This document shows positions 49,534-49,732 of a DNA stretch of 49,732 nt, piece after piece. Source of the DNA: Thermoplasmatales archaeon (GTDB lineage: Archaea > Thermoplasmatota > Thermoplasmata > Thermoplasmatales > Thermoplasmataceae); assembly GCA_027343465.1 (NCBI GenBank), contig DAHWLW010000082.1:1-49732 (forward strand), read 5' to 3'. Each line of letters opens with the position of its first letter. Position 1 is the stretch's first letter. Both the position numbers and the translations under genes were made by a program. Under the pieces are notes generated by a model. That model was not told where the DNA came from. It made no database searches and saw only the letters and a list, made by a program, of their open reading frames with translations.

Positions 49534-49732
49534 ATGGACGTTGAGAGCATACCAAAAGAGCAGGCTTTTCCCGGTGATGTGATAGCACTTGCAGAGGAGT
49601 ACATACCTGGTAGAAATTCTACAGATGAAAACGGTGAAATTGTTTCAAACGTCTTTGGGAAAATTATTCGCGATGATCAAGAACTGAACATTTCAGTGAA
49701 GCCGTACAGAGAAAAGCAGACAATACACAGAA
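49534..49732 (+). CDS. csl4: Exosome RNA-binding subunit Csl4, 5' part; runs off the window edge
   Basis: MDVESIPKEQAFPGDVIALAEEYIPGRNSTDENGEIVSNVFGKI matches the PGD..EEY.PG N-terminal domain of Csl4. Confidence 0.82.
   Translation, partial: MDVESIPKEQAFPGDVIALAEEYIPGRNSTDENGEIVSNVFGKIIRDDQELNISVKPYREKQTIHR

Noticed and set aside
1-49732. CRISPR arrays, tRNA/rRNA genes, transposases, integrases and defence systems
   Set aside because: I found no regularly spaced direct repeats, cloverleaf or rRNA-like GC-rich tracts, or mobile-element motifs by eye

Overview
Gene-dense archaeal chromosome segment, almost certainly from Thermoplasmatales. This is supported by EF-2/EF-1alpha/uS10, Rpo11, Cdc6, aIF5A, eL40, uL16, ArcS and Csl4, by bacterial-type grpE-dnaK, and by many TATA boxes sitting about 25 nt upstream of start codons. 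Most genes are housekeeping; I see no CRISPR array, rRNA, tRNA or mobile element. The main points of interest are: (i) an operon of a 929-aa secreted beta-sandwich glycoprotein, two unknown proteins, a MoxR AAA+ ATPase, a DUF58 protein and a membrane protein, which is a candidate surface-protein assembly system; (ii) a B-family-like heme-copper oxidase operon with intact CuA and a membrane-anchored cupredoxin carrying an unusual Cx2Hx3M loop; (iii) three apparent pseudoenzymes (a Cys-less SQR-like flavoprotein, an AlaX without Zn ligands, a hydrolase-like fragment); (iv) a CQC-motif membrane protein lying between rps10 and fusA; (v) features absent from the ORF track (eL40, an AbrB-like regulator, a 30-aa membrane peptide, a candidate box C/D sRNA, and the starts of dnaK and csl4); and (vi) likely non-AUG starts and two homopolymer frameshifts. 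All assignments come from reading motifs by eye; no database search was run.
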